The notes under the pieces are model-generated. The model made no database searches. It saw nothing but the letters and a program-made list of their open reading frames with translations, and was not told the origin of the DNA. A program made the translations under genes and the position numbers. This document shows positions 40,227 to 50,776 of a stretch of DNA of 64,000 nt, one piece after another; the stretch's first letter is position 1; the number at the start of each line of letters is the position of its first letter. The DNA is from Promethearchaeota archaeon (GTDB taxonomy: Archaea; Asgardarchaeota; Lokiarchaeia; Sigyniarchaeales; SOKP01), in assembly GCA_048939995.1 (NCBI GenBank), contig JBHLOY010000004.1, forward strand, positions 32,001-96,000, read 5' to 3'.

Positions 40227-41944
40227 TCAAAATATTTCCAAGGTCTTTGCTTTTTCAATTTATAAGCTCTTTCAGCATACTCTTCAATCATACGATGAGT
40301 ATTGAAATATGCAGCAAGAGAAATAGCATTCTTACATTTAAATAACCATTCATCATGATTCAAATAGGTTGGTATAATCTTATTTTCTAAAATATTATAA
40401 ATTTCCTTAGAATCGACATCCCAGCTATTTGATAAGCCTGGATCTTTTGGATTTTTATCGTTAGGTCCGATAGCCCATCCTGATAAATTATTCCTTTTAT
40501 ATCCTTCTAGCCACCATCCATCTTGAATACTGAAATTTAATACTCCATTTAATGCTGCCTTCATTCCACTGGTGCCACTTGCTTCACGATATCTTTCGGG
40601 AGTATTAAGCCAAATATCACAACCCGACACTAGCATATGTGCTAAATCCATATTATAATTTTCCATTAAAGCTACTTTAACTCCATAATTCTCATATAAA
40701 TAATTTCCTGATTCATAGACTTTCTTGATATAATCTTTCCCCATTTGATCTTTAGGATGTGCCTTTCCTGCAAATATAAATTGAACATTTCCTTTACAAA
40801 TTTTTCCTAATCTATCTATATCATGAAATATTAAGGTAGCTCTTTTATAGCTGGCAAATCTTTTTGCAAAACCAATTGTAATAAGTTCTTCATCCAACAA
40901 ATTCCATGAATGCCCTTTTTGATAGCTTATTAGACTAAATTTATTTTCTATGTGAGCATCAAATAAATCTAAATCATCCAACTCGATTGCATTCTGTAAC
41001 AAAGAAGGATTTGCTTTCCAATTAGGAAATTTCCTATCAAATATTTTTCTAAATGGTTGTGATATCCAAAAAGGTAAATGAATACCGTTGGTAATAGAAT
41101 CAATTTCATATTTAGGAAACATTTGTCTAGTTATTTCAGCGTGTTTTTTTGAAACTCCATTCCTATATCTTGAAAGATTCATCCCTAAATATGTCATATT
41201 AAATTGTCCATTATCTTCTCCAAGTTTCCGAATTTGATCGGGAATTCTGTTCTCGAAGACTTTATTTACCAGACTCTGATCAAAGCGATCATGTCCCGCT
41301 GGAACCGGCGTGTGAGTGGTGAAAACTACTTTAGATCTGACCTTATCAATATCTCCCTTTAGCATTTTAAATAATTCTACTGTGGCAAAACTTCCATGTC
41401 CCTCATTTAGATGGTAAGTCTTAATATTATTATATCCTAATGAATTTAAAAGTCGTACTCCCCCAACTCCCAAAATTATTTCCTGCACAATCCGGTTCCA
41501 TTTTGAAGTTGAATCATACAATGATCCTGTCATTTTTTTCATCCATAATTCATTCCCCTCAACGTCAGTAGTAAGAAGATAAACTGGTAAGACATGCCCA
41601 GACTGACCAATAACTTTATACAACCATGCAGAAACTTTGACTTCTCTATTTTCAATTTTGATGCAAATGGGTTTTTCTACTTTATCAAACTCATAAAAGA
41701 AATTCCATTCTACTTCTTTCTCTTTTTGTTCACCTGTTTCGTTGAATAGTTGAAAAAAGTATCCTGAGCTATAGCATAGGCATACAGCAACCATTGGAAT
41801 CTCTAAATCTGCTGCTGATCTCACCGTATCTCCTGATAATACTCCTAAACCTCCACTATAAGTGGGAATATTAGAATCTAAACCTATTTCCATGGATATA
41901 TAAGCAACATAGGTATTATTTTTTAGATTATCATCAATTTCCAA
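40223..41944 (-). CDS. glgP: Alpha-glucan (glycogen) phosphorylase
   Basis: YSGGLGVL.GD, HLNEGH, FTTHTPVPAGHD, AGKAHP, EASGTSGMK. Confidence 0.95.
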   Translation of the reverse strand: MEIDDNLKNNTYVAYISMEIGLDSNIPTYSGGLGVLSGDTVRSAADLEIPMVAVCLCYSSGYFFQLFNETGEQKEKEVEWNFFYEFDKVEKPICIKIENREVKVSAWLYKVIGQSGHVLPVYLLTTDVEGNELWMKKMTGSLYDSTSKWNRIVQEIILGVGGVRLLNSLGYNNIKTYHLNEGHGSFATVELFKMLKGDIDKVRSKVVFTTHTPVPAGHDRFDQSLVNKVFENRIPDQIRKLGEDNGQFNMTYLGMNLSRYRNGVSKKHAEITRQMFPKYEIDSITNGIHLPFWISQPFRKIFDRKFPNWKANPSLLQNAIELDDLDLFDAHIENKFSLISYQKGHSWNLLDEELITIGFAKRFASYKRATLIFHDIDRLGKICKGNVQFIFAGKAHPKDQMGKDYIKKVYESGNYLYENYGVKVALMENYNMDLAHMLVSGCDIWLNTPERYREASGTSGMKAALNGVLNFSIQDGWWLEGYKRNNLSGWAIGPNDKNPKDPGLSNSWDVDSKEIYNILENKIIPTYLNHDEWLFKCKNAISLAAYFNTHRMIEEYAERAYKLKKQRPWKYFD

Positions 41945-42156
41945 GTTGAATCCTTTTATCTATTGTTTACTTTTTTATGAATCTTTGATTATTTAATACT
42001 ATGTATTATATTTAAAGTAATTTAGATTTCAGGTAAATAACAGTTTAAGTACAAAAAGGGATTTGCACTAAATTTATATATATTAGAAACTCTAAATTAA
42101 ATTACAAATCAAAATTTATTGTTAAACAAATAAAATATTAAATCTAGGCCAAATAT

Positions 42157-43107
42157 ATGACAGAAATTATTTTCGAAGTAATATTTCCATTAATTTTAAT
42201 AGGGCTTCTTATAATTATTTTAATCAGTGGAATTCCTAATAGAAAACCAAATCAACAATTTATGACATCTGATGATTTTATCAAAGACTGGCTAAAAGAT
42301 CATGGTCAAGCTCACAAGCTAGAAGCGCAGTTTAATCAAATGAAAAAGGACCCTGCTGGACGGATTTATATGCCAATAACATATAAGGGGGCAAAAATCT
42401 TTGTAAAGTGGGGGTTAAGCCCAAATAAAGTGTCATTTATGAATTTAATTCTATCCTTCCTAATCTTTTATTGTGTTGTTATGCTTGGTAAAGGGACTTT
42501 ACCTAGTGTTGATTTATTTTCTGAACAACCTTTTTACGGTGTATGGTTTCTTCCTTTAGCAATATTAGTGCTCTTTACAGGTATTATTGATGGAATAGAT
42601 GGAGCAATAGCTCGTTTACTAAATATAAAATCAAAAAGAGGTGCTTGGTTAGATAATGTAATCGATCGAATAAGTGATACTTTAATGTTTGTATGCTTAA
42701 TACCCGCGAATTTCATGGTCATAACAGCTTATGGACTTAATTTTAGATGGATAGTTTGGACAAATATCTTTCTAATTTTTATTTATGAATATATGAGGGC
42801 TCGTCATGAAGGTTTAGGAATGCATGAAACAAAACCCTTTGTCGGTGAAAGAATTACACGATTTTTAGTAACAGCTACATTTTTTGCAATGTATGGAATT
42901 TCTAGCCTTGGAGTGTTGATTACATATGTGATCAATCCCTCTGGTACAACTTTATGGGCATCAACACATCCTTGGGTAATTACATGGACAATGTTCATTT
43001 TTCAAATTAGTTTGTTAATTATTATGGTCTTATCAGTTATACTTTTTGGGCGATACATTTATAAAGGATTAAAAGAAATGGATAAAAAAGATGGAGTATT
43101 AAAATAA
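42157..43107 (+). CDS. CDP-alcohol phosphatidyltransferase
   Basis: SPNKVS; DGIDGAIAR...GAWLDNVIDR. Confidence 0.9.
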   Translation: MTEIIFEVIFPLILIGLLIIILISGIPNRKPNQQFMTSDDFIKDWLKDHGQAHKLEAQFNQMKKDPAGRIYMPITYKGAKIFVKWGLSPNKVSFMNLILSFLIFYCVVMLGKGTLPSVDLFSEQPFYGVWFLPLAILVLFTGIIDGIDGAIARLLNIKSKRGAWLDNVIDRISDTLMFVCLIPANFMVITAYGLNFRWIVWTNIFLIFIYEYMRARHEGLGMHETKPFVGERITRFLVTATFFAMYGISSLGVLITYVINPSGTTLWASTHPWVITWTMFIFQISLLIIMVLSVILFGRYIYKGLKEMDKKDGVLK

Positions 43108-43129
43108 AAAACAAGAGAGTGATTCTCAT

Positions 43130-44482
43130 ATGAAATTATCAAAAATTATATTATATGGATTTTTCTTAGTAGTTTTATATGTTCTCTTTCACATTTACTT
43201 TCCATCTTTCTGGACATCTGGAGTAAGGGATTCAATTAATGCTTTCTTTACTGATCCTCTCACCTATTGGTGGTTTATATTTCCATTAGTAGGCCTTATT
43301 ATGTTATGGGGGTTGCTTATTTACTATGGAATTCACTTTTTAGCTTCATTCGGAAGTGGTTATAAAACTAAAACACCTTATTACCCTAATATAAGTATTA
43401 TGATTGCCTCTAAAAGCGAGAGAGTCTTATTGGAGAGAACATTAAATTCTATTGTTAATTCAAATTATCCAAAAGAGAATATTCAAATTGTAATAATTAC
43501 AAGCGGTTCCACAGATGACACTACAGAATTTTGTCAAAAATTTGCCCTGAAATACAATACAATAGATATTAAGGTTTTATCGGAGCATATAGCCAAAAAA
43601 GGGAAACCTCCAGCTTTGAATTATGGTTTAAAATATGTGAAACATGATATTGTCCTTCTTTATGATTCAGGTTGTATTTTAGAAGCGAATACCTTAAAAG
43701 ATTTAATATCTCCATTTCAAGATGATAAAACTAATGCAGTTATCGGACCAGTATTAGTCAAAAATTGGAAAGAAAATAAGTTGACTCGAGGAATTCTTCT
43801 TGATTATGCTATGGTATCAGGTGGAGGCTTGCTTTTTGAAATAAAAAATAGGTTAGGGTCTTCAGCTTATTCATTTGGACGAAATTTTGCAGTTAGAACA
43901 AAATTTCTACGAAATTATGGAGGATTTAACGAAGATTCTATGACAGAAGATCTTTATTTATGCGTTCTATTAAATTTAGATGGAGTAAAAATACTTTTTT
44001 CTCCCAAGGCTAAAATCTATGAATATGTGCCAAGTACATGGGAAATTTTAACCCAACAACGCACAAGATGGCTTGCTGGTTTCATTTTTGATATGCCTCA
44101 GTTAATGGCAATGAAAAGTGAACATAAAAATGGGAAATCTTTAATTATTGCCCGAAATATGACAATGATGCTTATAGGGAATATAGATACATGGATTCCT
44201 ATAGTTATTGGATTTATGGTACTTTTCTTCCTAATAGGAGAATTTTATTTCCTTATATGGAGCAGTTCTTGTTTACTTTTCATGTTTGGGTATCTTGTCA
44301 ATGCGATACGAAAATATGGGGATAAACACTATAGTGTTTTGCTCCTCTTTTTAGTCAGTGGGTATATTCATTTATATATGTTCTTACGTCAGTTTAAACT
44401 TCCAAAAGAATTAAGTTGGGAAAAAACTCCTATGCTATTTGAAAAACAAGAAGCTGAAATAATAGCATTATCTACAAAATAA
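43130..44482 (+). CDS. Membrane GT2 glycosyltransferase (cellulose-synthase-like)
   Basis: GKPPALN, TED, QQRTRW; N- and C-terminal TMs; DxD degenerate (YDSG). Confidence 0.85.
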   Translation: MKLSKIILYGFFLVVLYVLFHIYFPSFWTSGVRDSINAFFTDPLTYWWFIFPLVGLIMLWGLLIYYGIHFLASFGSGYKTKTPYYPNISIMIASKSERVLLERTLNSIVNSNYPKENIQIVIITSGSTDDTTEFCQKFALKYNTIDIKVLSEHIAKKGKPPALNYGLKYVKHDIVLLYDSGCILEANTLKDLISPFQDDKTNAVIGPVLVKNWKENKLTRGILLDYAMVSGGGLLFEIKNRLGSSAYSFGRNFAVRTKFLRNYGGFNEDSMTEDLYLCVLLNLDGVKILFSPKAKIYEYVPSTWEILTQQRTRWLAGFIFDMPQLMAMKSEHKNGKSLIIARNMTMMLIGNIDTWIPIVIGFMVLFFLIGEFYFLIWSSSCLLFMFGYLVNAIRKYGDKHYSVLLLFLVSGYIHLYMFLRQFKLPKELSWEKTPMLFEKQEAEIIALSTK

Positions 44483-44577
44483 ATTTTTTTTCCTTTTTAC
44501 TTAAATTTAAAGTGAATATATATAAAAATAGAAAAATAAATTTATTATAATCAATTCAAAACAATTTTAAATCCTAG

Positions 44578-45888
44578 TTGATTTTCTTGAAATACAAAGT
44601 ACATGACTATTTACCCGAAGAATTAAAAACAAAATATTTTGATTCTGAACCTCGTCATTATTCGGATAAACAATTTTGCGATGCCTTATTAGAACAAATA
44701 AAATTATCCAATAATAATTGTAGATACTATAGGGAAGATCTTTGTAACAGATTTAAATTTTCGATTCCTGATGAAATTGATATTAATACACTAGATACAA
44801 TTCCCTATATTCCATCTGATCTTTACAAAAAAAGTGGAAATCGAGTTCTAAACCTTTTAAAAGTGCCTCTTGATCAAATTATCCTTTTTTCATGTTCATC
44901 TTCTACATCGGGGGATCCATCTATAGTTCCTCGCACTTTAGACGATTTCGATCAAATCCAATATAATTCAATTAAGGTATTTACTGAATTTTTTAGATGG
45001 AAAGAATTAAGAACAGAAAATAGTCGTAGTATCATATTTAACTTTGCACCAGGTCGATTTTTGATGTCAATGATGGCAAAAAAAAATGCTACTGGTTTCG
45101 AGCATGTTAAAAAGACACGATATTTTACGGCATGTATGAATAAACCCTGGGAATATTATGGCTATGAGGAATATATGGTGAAAGGAAAATTTTTCAAAAC
45201 TATTTGGGCAATCCTATCAACTTTTTCAATTAAAGGTGGCTTTGTTTTGGATGTAAGTAGAATGTTAAAAATGATTAAAAAGATCGTAGCTACAGGACAT
45301 TGGAAAAACATAAAAGTTTGTAAAATCTTATTCGGGGGAAGTCCTCTCTTAATGAATAATATGTTTAAGAATCGACTACTCAAGGAGAATGTATTTTATG
45401 ATTTAGATGGAATTTCCTTTGTTGGATGTGGTGGAGGAGGGTGGGATGGAACTAAAGGTGAGGCAAAATTAGATGCTGTTGATAAACTTACATTTATTCA
45501 GAATTATGAGAAAGTTTTTAATATTAAACCAAAAGATATCGCTGATATTTATGCTTTTACTGAAGGTCCAACACTTTTTGGGGGGCATTGGTCCGAAAAA
45601 TACCAAGACTTTTTATTACATTGCCCTAATACTTCAAGGATTATCGTTCGGGATACAGAAAATCTTAATCCTGTAAGTGATGGAATGGAAGGACTTTTAG
45701 AAGTAATCACTCCTTATGGTGTAAATGGTAGTGTAAATCAAGCAGTTCTAGTTGACGATATTGTAGAACTTATTTCAAACAAGAATTGTCCAGAATGTGG
45801 GTATGAGGGTGCCACTTTTAGGATTATCGGGCGACTAAAAAATCTACAAGGAAAAAGTTGTTCTTCTATTATTGATTGGCTACATTAA
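44578..45888 (+). CDS. LuxE-like acyl-protein synthetase
   Basis: SSSTSG.PS, GGGW, DIYAFTE, IIGRL....KSCS. Confidence 0.75.
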   Translation: MIFLKYKVHDYLPEELKTKYFDSEPRHYSDKQFCDALLEQIKLSNNNCRYYREDLCNRFKFSIPDEIDINTLDTIPYIPSDLYKKSGNRVLNLLKVPLDQIILFSCSSSTSGDPSIVPRTLDDFDQIQYNSIKVFTEFFRWKELRTENSRSIIFNFAPGRFLMSMMAKKNATGFEHVKKTRYFTACMNKPWEYYGYEEYMVKGKFFKTIWAILSTFSIKGGFVLDVSRMLKMIKKIVATGHWKNIKVCKILFGGSPLLMNNMFKNRLLKENVFYDLDGISFVGCGGGGWDGTKGEAKLDAVDKLTFIQNYEKVFNIKPKDIADIYAFTEGPTLFGGHWSEKYQDFLLHCPNTSRIIVRDTENLNPVSDGMEGLLEVITPYGVNGSVNQAVLVDDIVELISNKNCPECGYEGATFRIIGRLKNLQGKSCSSIIDWLH

Positions 45889-46858
45889 TCCGTCTATTTA
45901 ATTTTCCTCTTTTTAAAATGTAAATAATAGTATAAAAGATTATACTAAAAGTTATGCTAAACTTGTATAATTTGTAAATTACATCAATTTTTATTACAAA
46001 CCGAAACAAAAGATATATGAAAAGAAAAGAGAGACCATTTAAAATCGAAAATCCAAAAATTTTATTAAATAGGAAAAAACTGCCAATAAAAAATGTTAAA
46101 AATAAAACGTTAGAATAGATTATTAATGGTAGATATGCTCTAACTGATTTAGAATTAAAAATTGGTTCTGATTTGAATATAAATTCCATATCATGGATAG
46201 AGACAATTTCAGAATAAGCTTTCCCGTATTGAAAGTATTTTTTAATATTTTGGAATGGATTTCTTTTTCCATAATGAATTACTAGACCCTTTGGAACATA
46301 AATTAATTTATAACCTTTTTTTAAAGATCTCCAAGAAAATTCTAAATCTTCAATTCTATAATTTAAGAAACCACCCGATAAATTCCATACTTCTTTTTTA
46401 AACAACATATTAGATGTATTGAGAAAATTTATGTTTGATTCTCGGTTAATAATAACCTTATTTTTGTAATTAAAAGGATTTAATTTACCTTCTGATTTGT
46501 CACGGAATACCACTTTTCCTCCCACTATATCATATTCATTTAAAAATGGAACTAAATTTATTAGCCAATTTCTTGAGACAAAACAATCTGAATCAGTAAG
46601 AGCTATAATTTTATATTTTGCCTGTTTAATCCCAATATTTCTCGCGTTTGCTGATCCAACTGACTTGGATAAAATTATTGATTTGATTTGGAATTTCTTT
46701 AAAATTTCCTTTGTATTATCAACTGAACCATCGTCAACAATAATAATCTCATATTGCGGATAATTCAAATTTGAGAGATTTTTTATCAAACTGGGTAGTA
46801 CATTACCTCTATTTTTAGTTGGAATAACTATTGAGATAGGTTCCAAAACTTGAGTCAT
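45869..46858 (-). CDS. GT2 glycosyltransferase with C-terminal TMs
   Basis: SIVIPT.N, VDDGS.D, ARN.G, TDSDC, EDLE. Confidence 0.9.
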   Translation of the reverse strand: MTQVLEPISIVIPTKNRGNVLPSLIKNLSNLNYPQYEIIIVDDGSVDNTKEILKKFQIKSIILSKSVGSANARNIGIKQAKYKIIALTDSDCFVSRNWLINLVPFLNEYDIVGGKVVFRDKSEGKLNPFNYKNKVIINRESNINFLNTSNMLFKKEVWNLSGGFLNYRIEDLEFSWRSLKKGYKLIYVPKGLVIHYGKRNPFQNIKKYFQYGKAYSEIVSIHDMEFIFKSEPIFNSKSVRAYLPLIIYSNVLFLTFFIGSFFLFNKIFGFSILNGLSFLFIYLLFRFVIKIDVIYKLYKFSITFSIIFYTIIYILKRGKLNRRINVANQ

Positions 46859-46920
46859 TAATATTTTTTAGTAGTCTTACTTATTTTAATCTATTCTGAT
46901 TAAGAGAATTTAATTTAATA

Positions 46921-47949
46921 ATGAATAAAAAAAATAAAATCTTAAGAAAACTGGGAATAAGTTACATAAAAAGAATTTTAAGGGTAATAGATGGACCAGT
47001 GTTTGTCAGCATATTTTTTACTCGTAAATGTAATCTCAATTGTTATTATTGCGTTGCTTCGAAAAAAAGCTATAAGGCAGATATATCGGTAAGTAAATGG
47101 AAATCTATTATAAATGAAATCTATAACCAAGGATGTAGGTTTATTACAATATATGGAGGAGAACCAACACTTCGACCAGATTTAGGAGAGCTTTTAGAAT
47201 ACTGCATAGATTTAAATATTTTTACGCATGTAGTAACCAACGGATGTTTATTAGACGCAGATTTACTTGAAAGATTTGCTTCGTATGGATACTTTCTTTT
47301 GGGTATAAGTATTGATGGATTAAAAGAAACTGATATAAGTCCTAAAAAGTATCGTCCAGAATTGGTTCAAATACTTTATGAAGTCAAAAAGAAGTATCCG
47401 GAAAATATTGATTATAGTATTCACATTGTGCCTACTAAAGATAATATCCAAGAATTAATTCCTTTGATAAAAATCATAAATTCAAAACTTGACTGCCGCT
47501 TCTCAATAGATCCAGTCCACTCATCAATGAATCCAAATGAACAATATCAATATAGAAACTATTGCCCTGATTTATTGTTAAAGAAAGAACAAATAAACCA
47601 ATTGAGAAACACAATCCAAAATCTTAAAAGAAAAGGGATTCAATTCTTTTCTCCTAATACTTATTATTATTTTATGAATAAATGGTATCAAAAACTATAT
47701 GATTGGAACTGTGATGCTGGAGATTTATATTATGCCATTAATAACGATGGTTCTATAATGCTTTGTGAAGATGTTAATACTAATATTCAATTTAATGATT
47801 TTATTATGTTATCGCATAAGAAAAGAGTCAAAAAAATTAGGCAATTTAAATTTGAATACTGTAATTGTTTTAAACCTTGTTATTGGAATCCCTCAAATTT
47901 TGTTAAACACCCAATTAGAAATTTCATATATCAAAATATCTTAAAATAA
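46921..47949 (+). CDS. Radical SAM enzyme with twitch/SPASM-like C-terminus
   Basis: CNLNCYYC, GGEP, TNG, ISIDG, CDAG...DG....C. Confidence 0.88.
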   Translation: MNKKNKILRKLGISYIKRILRVIDGPVFVSIFFTRKCNLNCYYCVASKKSYKADISVSKWKSIINEIYNQGCRFITIYGGEPTLRPDLGELLEYCIDLNIFTHVVTNGCLLDADLLERFASYGYFLLGISIDGLKETDISPKKYRPELVQILYEVKKKYPENIDYSIHIVPTKDNIQELIPLIKIINSKLDCRFSIDPVHSSMNPNEQYQYRNYCPDLLLKKEQINQLRNTIQNLKRKGIQFFSPNTYYYFMNKWYQKLYDWNCDAGDLYYAINNDGSIMLCEDVNTNIQFNDFIMLSHKKRVKKIRQFKFEYCNCFKPCYWNPSNFVKHPIRNFIYQNILK

Positions 47950-47965
47950 TTTTGTAGATAATTAA

Positions 47966-48748
47966 ATGCCGTTTATTAAAGTTAGTCAATCAAGGTTTTT
48001 TTATGCTGAGAATAAGTTACAAACCATTCCAGTTTTATTCATTCATGGTTGGCTAGGAAGTTCTAATGAATGGACTCATCAAATTTGTTACTTTAATTCC
48101 AAACAACATATCATTATATTAGATTTACCCGGTTTTGGAAAGTCTAGTAAACCAAACATGAAATATTCAATTGATTTCTTTTCATCACAAATATTAGAAT
48201 TTCTTAAGATCCTTGGATACAATGAAGTGAATCTAGTAGGTCATTCTTTGGGGGGGATGATTGCATTAAATATTGCCATGAAAAATATAAACTTGGTAAA
48301 AAAGATAGTTCTAATTAGCACTAGCGCTTCATTCTCCTCTTCATATAAGGATAAATTTATGTTATTTTGGGTTAACTTAATTTTTAAGTTCTCTTATAGA
48401 AGGTTTCTTAAATCTATCATTAGAAGAATTGTCTCTAATACAACTGAAAATAAAGTATTTAAGAAATTGTATTTATCTGCTATGAAAATTCCTAAATCAG
48501 TTGTATTAAGCACATTTAAAAATATGACACAAAAATTCCACCTGGGCAAAAAAGATCTATTGATTTCTCAACCAGTGCTCATAATCTATGGCAGTGAAGA
48601 TAAAATTATTACCAAACCCATGTTTAATAATTTAAGTAAACTAATTCCAAATTCAGAAGCTATCATTATTGAAAACAGTCCTCATAGAGTAATGGTTCAG
48701 AAACATATGAAAGTGAATGAACTTATTGAAAACTTCCTCAAATCGTAA
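47966..48748 (+). CDS. Alpha/beta hydrolase
   Basis: FIHG, DLPGFG.S, GHSLGG, G..D, SPH. Confidence 0.92.
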   Translation: MPFIKVSQSRFFYAENKLQTIPVLFIHGWLGSSNEWTHQICYFNSKQHIIILDLPGFGKSSKPNMKYSIDFFSSQILEFLKILGYNEVNLVGHSLGGMIALNIAMKNINLVKKIVLISTSASFSSSYKDKFMLFWVNLIFKFSYRRFLKSIIRRIVSNTTENKVFKKLYLSAMKIPKSVVLSTFKNMTQKFHLGKKDLLISQPVLIIYGSEDKIITKPMFNNLSKLIPNSEAIIIENSPHRVMVQKHMKVNELIENFLKS

Positions 48749-48749
48749 T

Positions 48750-49901
48750 TCAATAAGTCTTATTTACTTCCTCTTTCTCAGGATCCGTTAGTTCCCTAAC
48801 AACCTTCGCCGGAGATCCTAGTGCAATGCAGTATGGGGGAATGTCTTCTGCCACTACTGAGTGTGCTCCAATAATTGATCCTTTTCCAATTGTAACTCCA
48901 GGTAGGATAATCGAATATGCCCCTATTCTAGCATTTTCACAGACTTTAATGGGTCCAAAACTGAAGCTGCCATGCTTTATATTCATTGCATTATGAGTTA
49001 ACAACTTTACACCAATCCCGCACCCACTACCATCTTCGAACTCAATTAGATCGGGTAATAAAGGATCTGGTATAGCTTTTTGTGAAATATGACAATTCTT
49101 CCCTATTTTCATCCCTAAAAAGCGAAATAACATATTCCTAGCAGTTGGCCACCCTATTAAGTATGATATAATAAGTGAAAATAAATGATTAAAAGCACCC
49201 TTTACAAACCAAGCAATTGAATATCGCTTTTGTTGAAGATGTTTAGCTATAATTAACATAGGTACTGGTGTAAAAATAAATTCATCAGTTTCGATATTAA
49301 TATAAGTCATTTTCCCTTTCTCTTTTATATCAAACTTTGGTCTATTATGCTTCCACACTTTTCTAGATTTAATCAAATCTTTAAGAAAAAGGTAGAAATC
49401 GATGTTTACCAAAAAAAGAATTAAGGTTATTGCAAAATTTACTGGTAGAAAAAGAAGAAATAACATTAACCTAGTATTAATAGTCAGATCTTGATTGAAT
49501 AATATACTAAAATAAGTATATATAGATGCTAATAAAATAATTATTACGTATCCCAATAAACTGAAAATGTATATAATTGAACCCGTTAATTGATTAGATT
49601 TTGCTATATTATATCCTAACACAAATAAGGGAAGCAGAGCTACAAAACAGAGTATAATTCCACCATAGACATATATGTTATACTGATAAAAAATTAAGGC
49701 TAACCAAGGTCTTATAAAATCATATATTATATTAATCCAAGGAATTGAAAAAAATACTCGTGATAATATGATTAAAATAAGAACTGTTGCACTAGCGATA
49801 AGAAAAATAAAGGGTATTATAAACGCTTTTTTCATTTTTGTCACTATTAGATTATTAAATTTAAATCTGTTCTTAAATATTAAGAAACCATATATTCTCA
49901 A
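48750..49901 (-). CDS. Membrane-anchored hexapeptide-repeat O-acetyltransferase (YvoF-like)
   Basis: Four N-terminal TMs; RNMLFRFLGMKIG, PDPLLPDLI, ILPGVTIG, GSPAKVVR. Confidence 0.78.
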   Translation of the reverse strand: MRIYGFLIFKNRFKFNNLIVTKMKKAFIIPFIFLIASATVLILIILSRVFFSIPWINIIYDFIRPWLALIFYQYNIYVYGGIILCFVALLPLFVLGYNIAKSNQLTGSIIYIFSLLGYVIIILLASIYTYFSILFNQDLTINTRLMLFLLFLPVNFAITLILFLVNIDFYLFLKDLIKSRKVWKHNRPKFDIKEKGKMTYINIETDEFIFTPVPMLIIAKHLQQKRYSIAWFVKGAFNHLFSLIISYLIGWPTARNMLFRFLGMKIGKNCHISQKAIPDPLLPDLIEFEDGSGCGIGVKLLTHNAMNIKHGSFSFGPIKVCENARIGAYSIILPGVTIGKGSIIGAHSVVAEDIPPYCIALGSPAKVVRELTDPEKEEVNKTY

Positions 49902-49955
49902 ATGAATGAATTAAAGTATAATAATCATTCTAGTTAATATAATATAGAAAATTAA

Positions 49956-50723
49956 ATGAAGGCAAATAACCAGATGTTCAAGCCAAAAATATCAGTAGTG
50001 ATTCCCGCTTATAACGAGGAGAATTTAATAAAAGAAACCTTAATAGCTGTTAAGAAGCAAATTTGTACCTTTCCTTATGAAATAATTGTAAGTGATGGAC
50101 AAAGTACAGATGAAACAGTATCAATTGCTAAAAATTTTGCGACAGTCTATATATCACCTAAAAAAGGTAAGGCTTATCAGCTAAATTACGCTGCTCAGAA
50201 AACATCAGGAGATATATTGTTATTTTTAGATGCTGATACCCTAATAGATCCATTCTTTTTACAAAAAGCCTTAAAAATATTTAATAAAAATGAAAATCTT
50301 TTTGCGTGCAGTGCCAGAATCAAATATTATGATGGAATTGCTTTTTCATTTAATATTGGGACTCCTAAATATACCATCACAAAATACTTTTTTCAAAATC
50401 TAGGCAGCCATTTATATTATTTTTGTAAAAGCTTAGTTGGATATCCTGAACTCTCAGGAACTAATATGATTGTTAGAAGAGACATCTTCTTTAAATCGGG
50501 GGGATTTAAACAACCACCAAATTCTTTAGGAATTGACAAGGTTTTCTCTGATTCTTTAATATATTTAAGTCGAAAATTAAAAAAAGGGAAGATTAAAACT
50601 CTAACTTTCATTTCAGTATTAACAAGTGGAAGGCATTTAACTGTTAAACGAAGCCTTAAACGTGTCCGTCAATATTATTCCAAGAAAGATATGTATCTTG
50701 ATTTAGCAAAAAAAATTAAATAG
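49956..50723 (+). CDS. GT2 glycosyltransferase
   Basis: SVVIPAYNEE, DGQSTD.T, LFLDAD, TSGR. Confidence 0.9.
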   Translation: MKANNQMFKPKISVVIPAYNEENLIKETLIAVKKQICTFPYEIIVSDGQSTDETVSIAKNFATVYISPKKGKAYQLNYAAQKTSGDILLFLDADTLIDPFFLQKALKIFNKNENLFACSARIKYYDGIAFSFNIGTPKYTITKYFFQNLGSHLYYFCKSLVGYPELSGTNMIVRRDIFFKSGGFKQPPNSLGIDKVFSDSLIYLSRKLKKGKIKTLTFISVLTSGRHLTVKRSLKRVRQYYSKKDMYLDLAKKIK

Positions 50724-50776
50724 TTTATAAATAAAATGTTTTAGCCACACATACCTTAGAGATTGAAACTAGTATA

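Noticed and set aside
44578-45888. Bioluminescence (lux) operon
   Set aside because: No luxAB, luxC or luxD; LuxE-like enzymes are common outside luminescence
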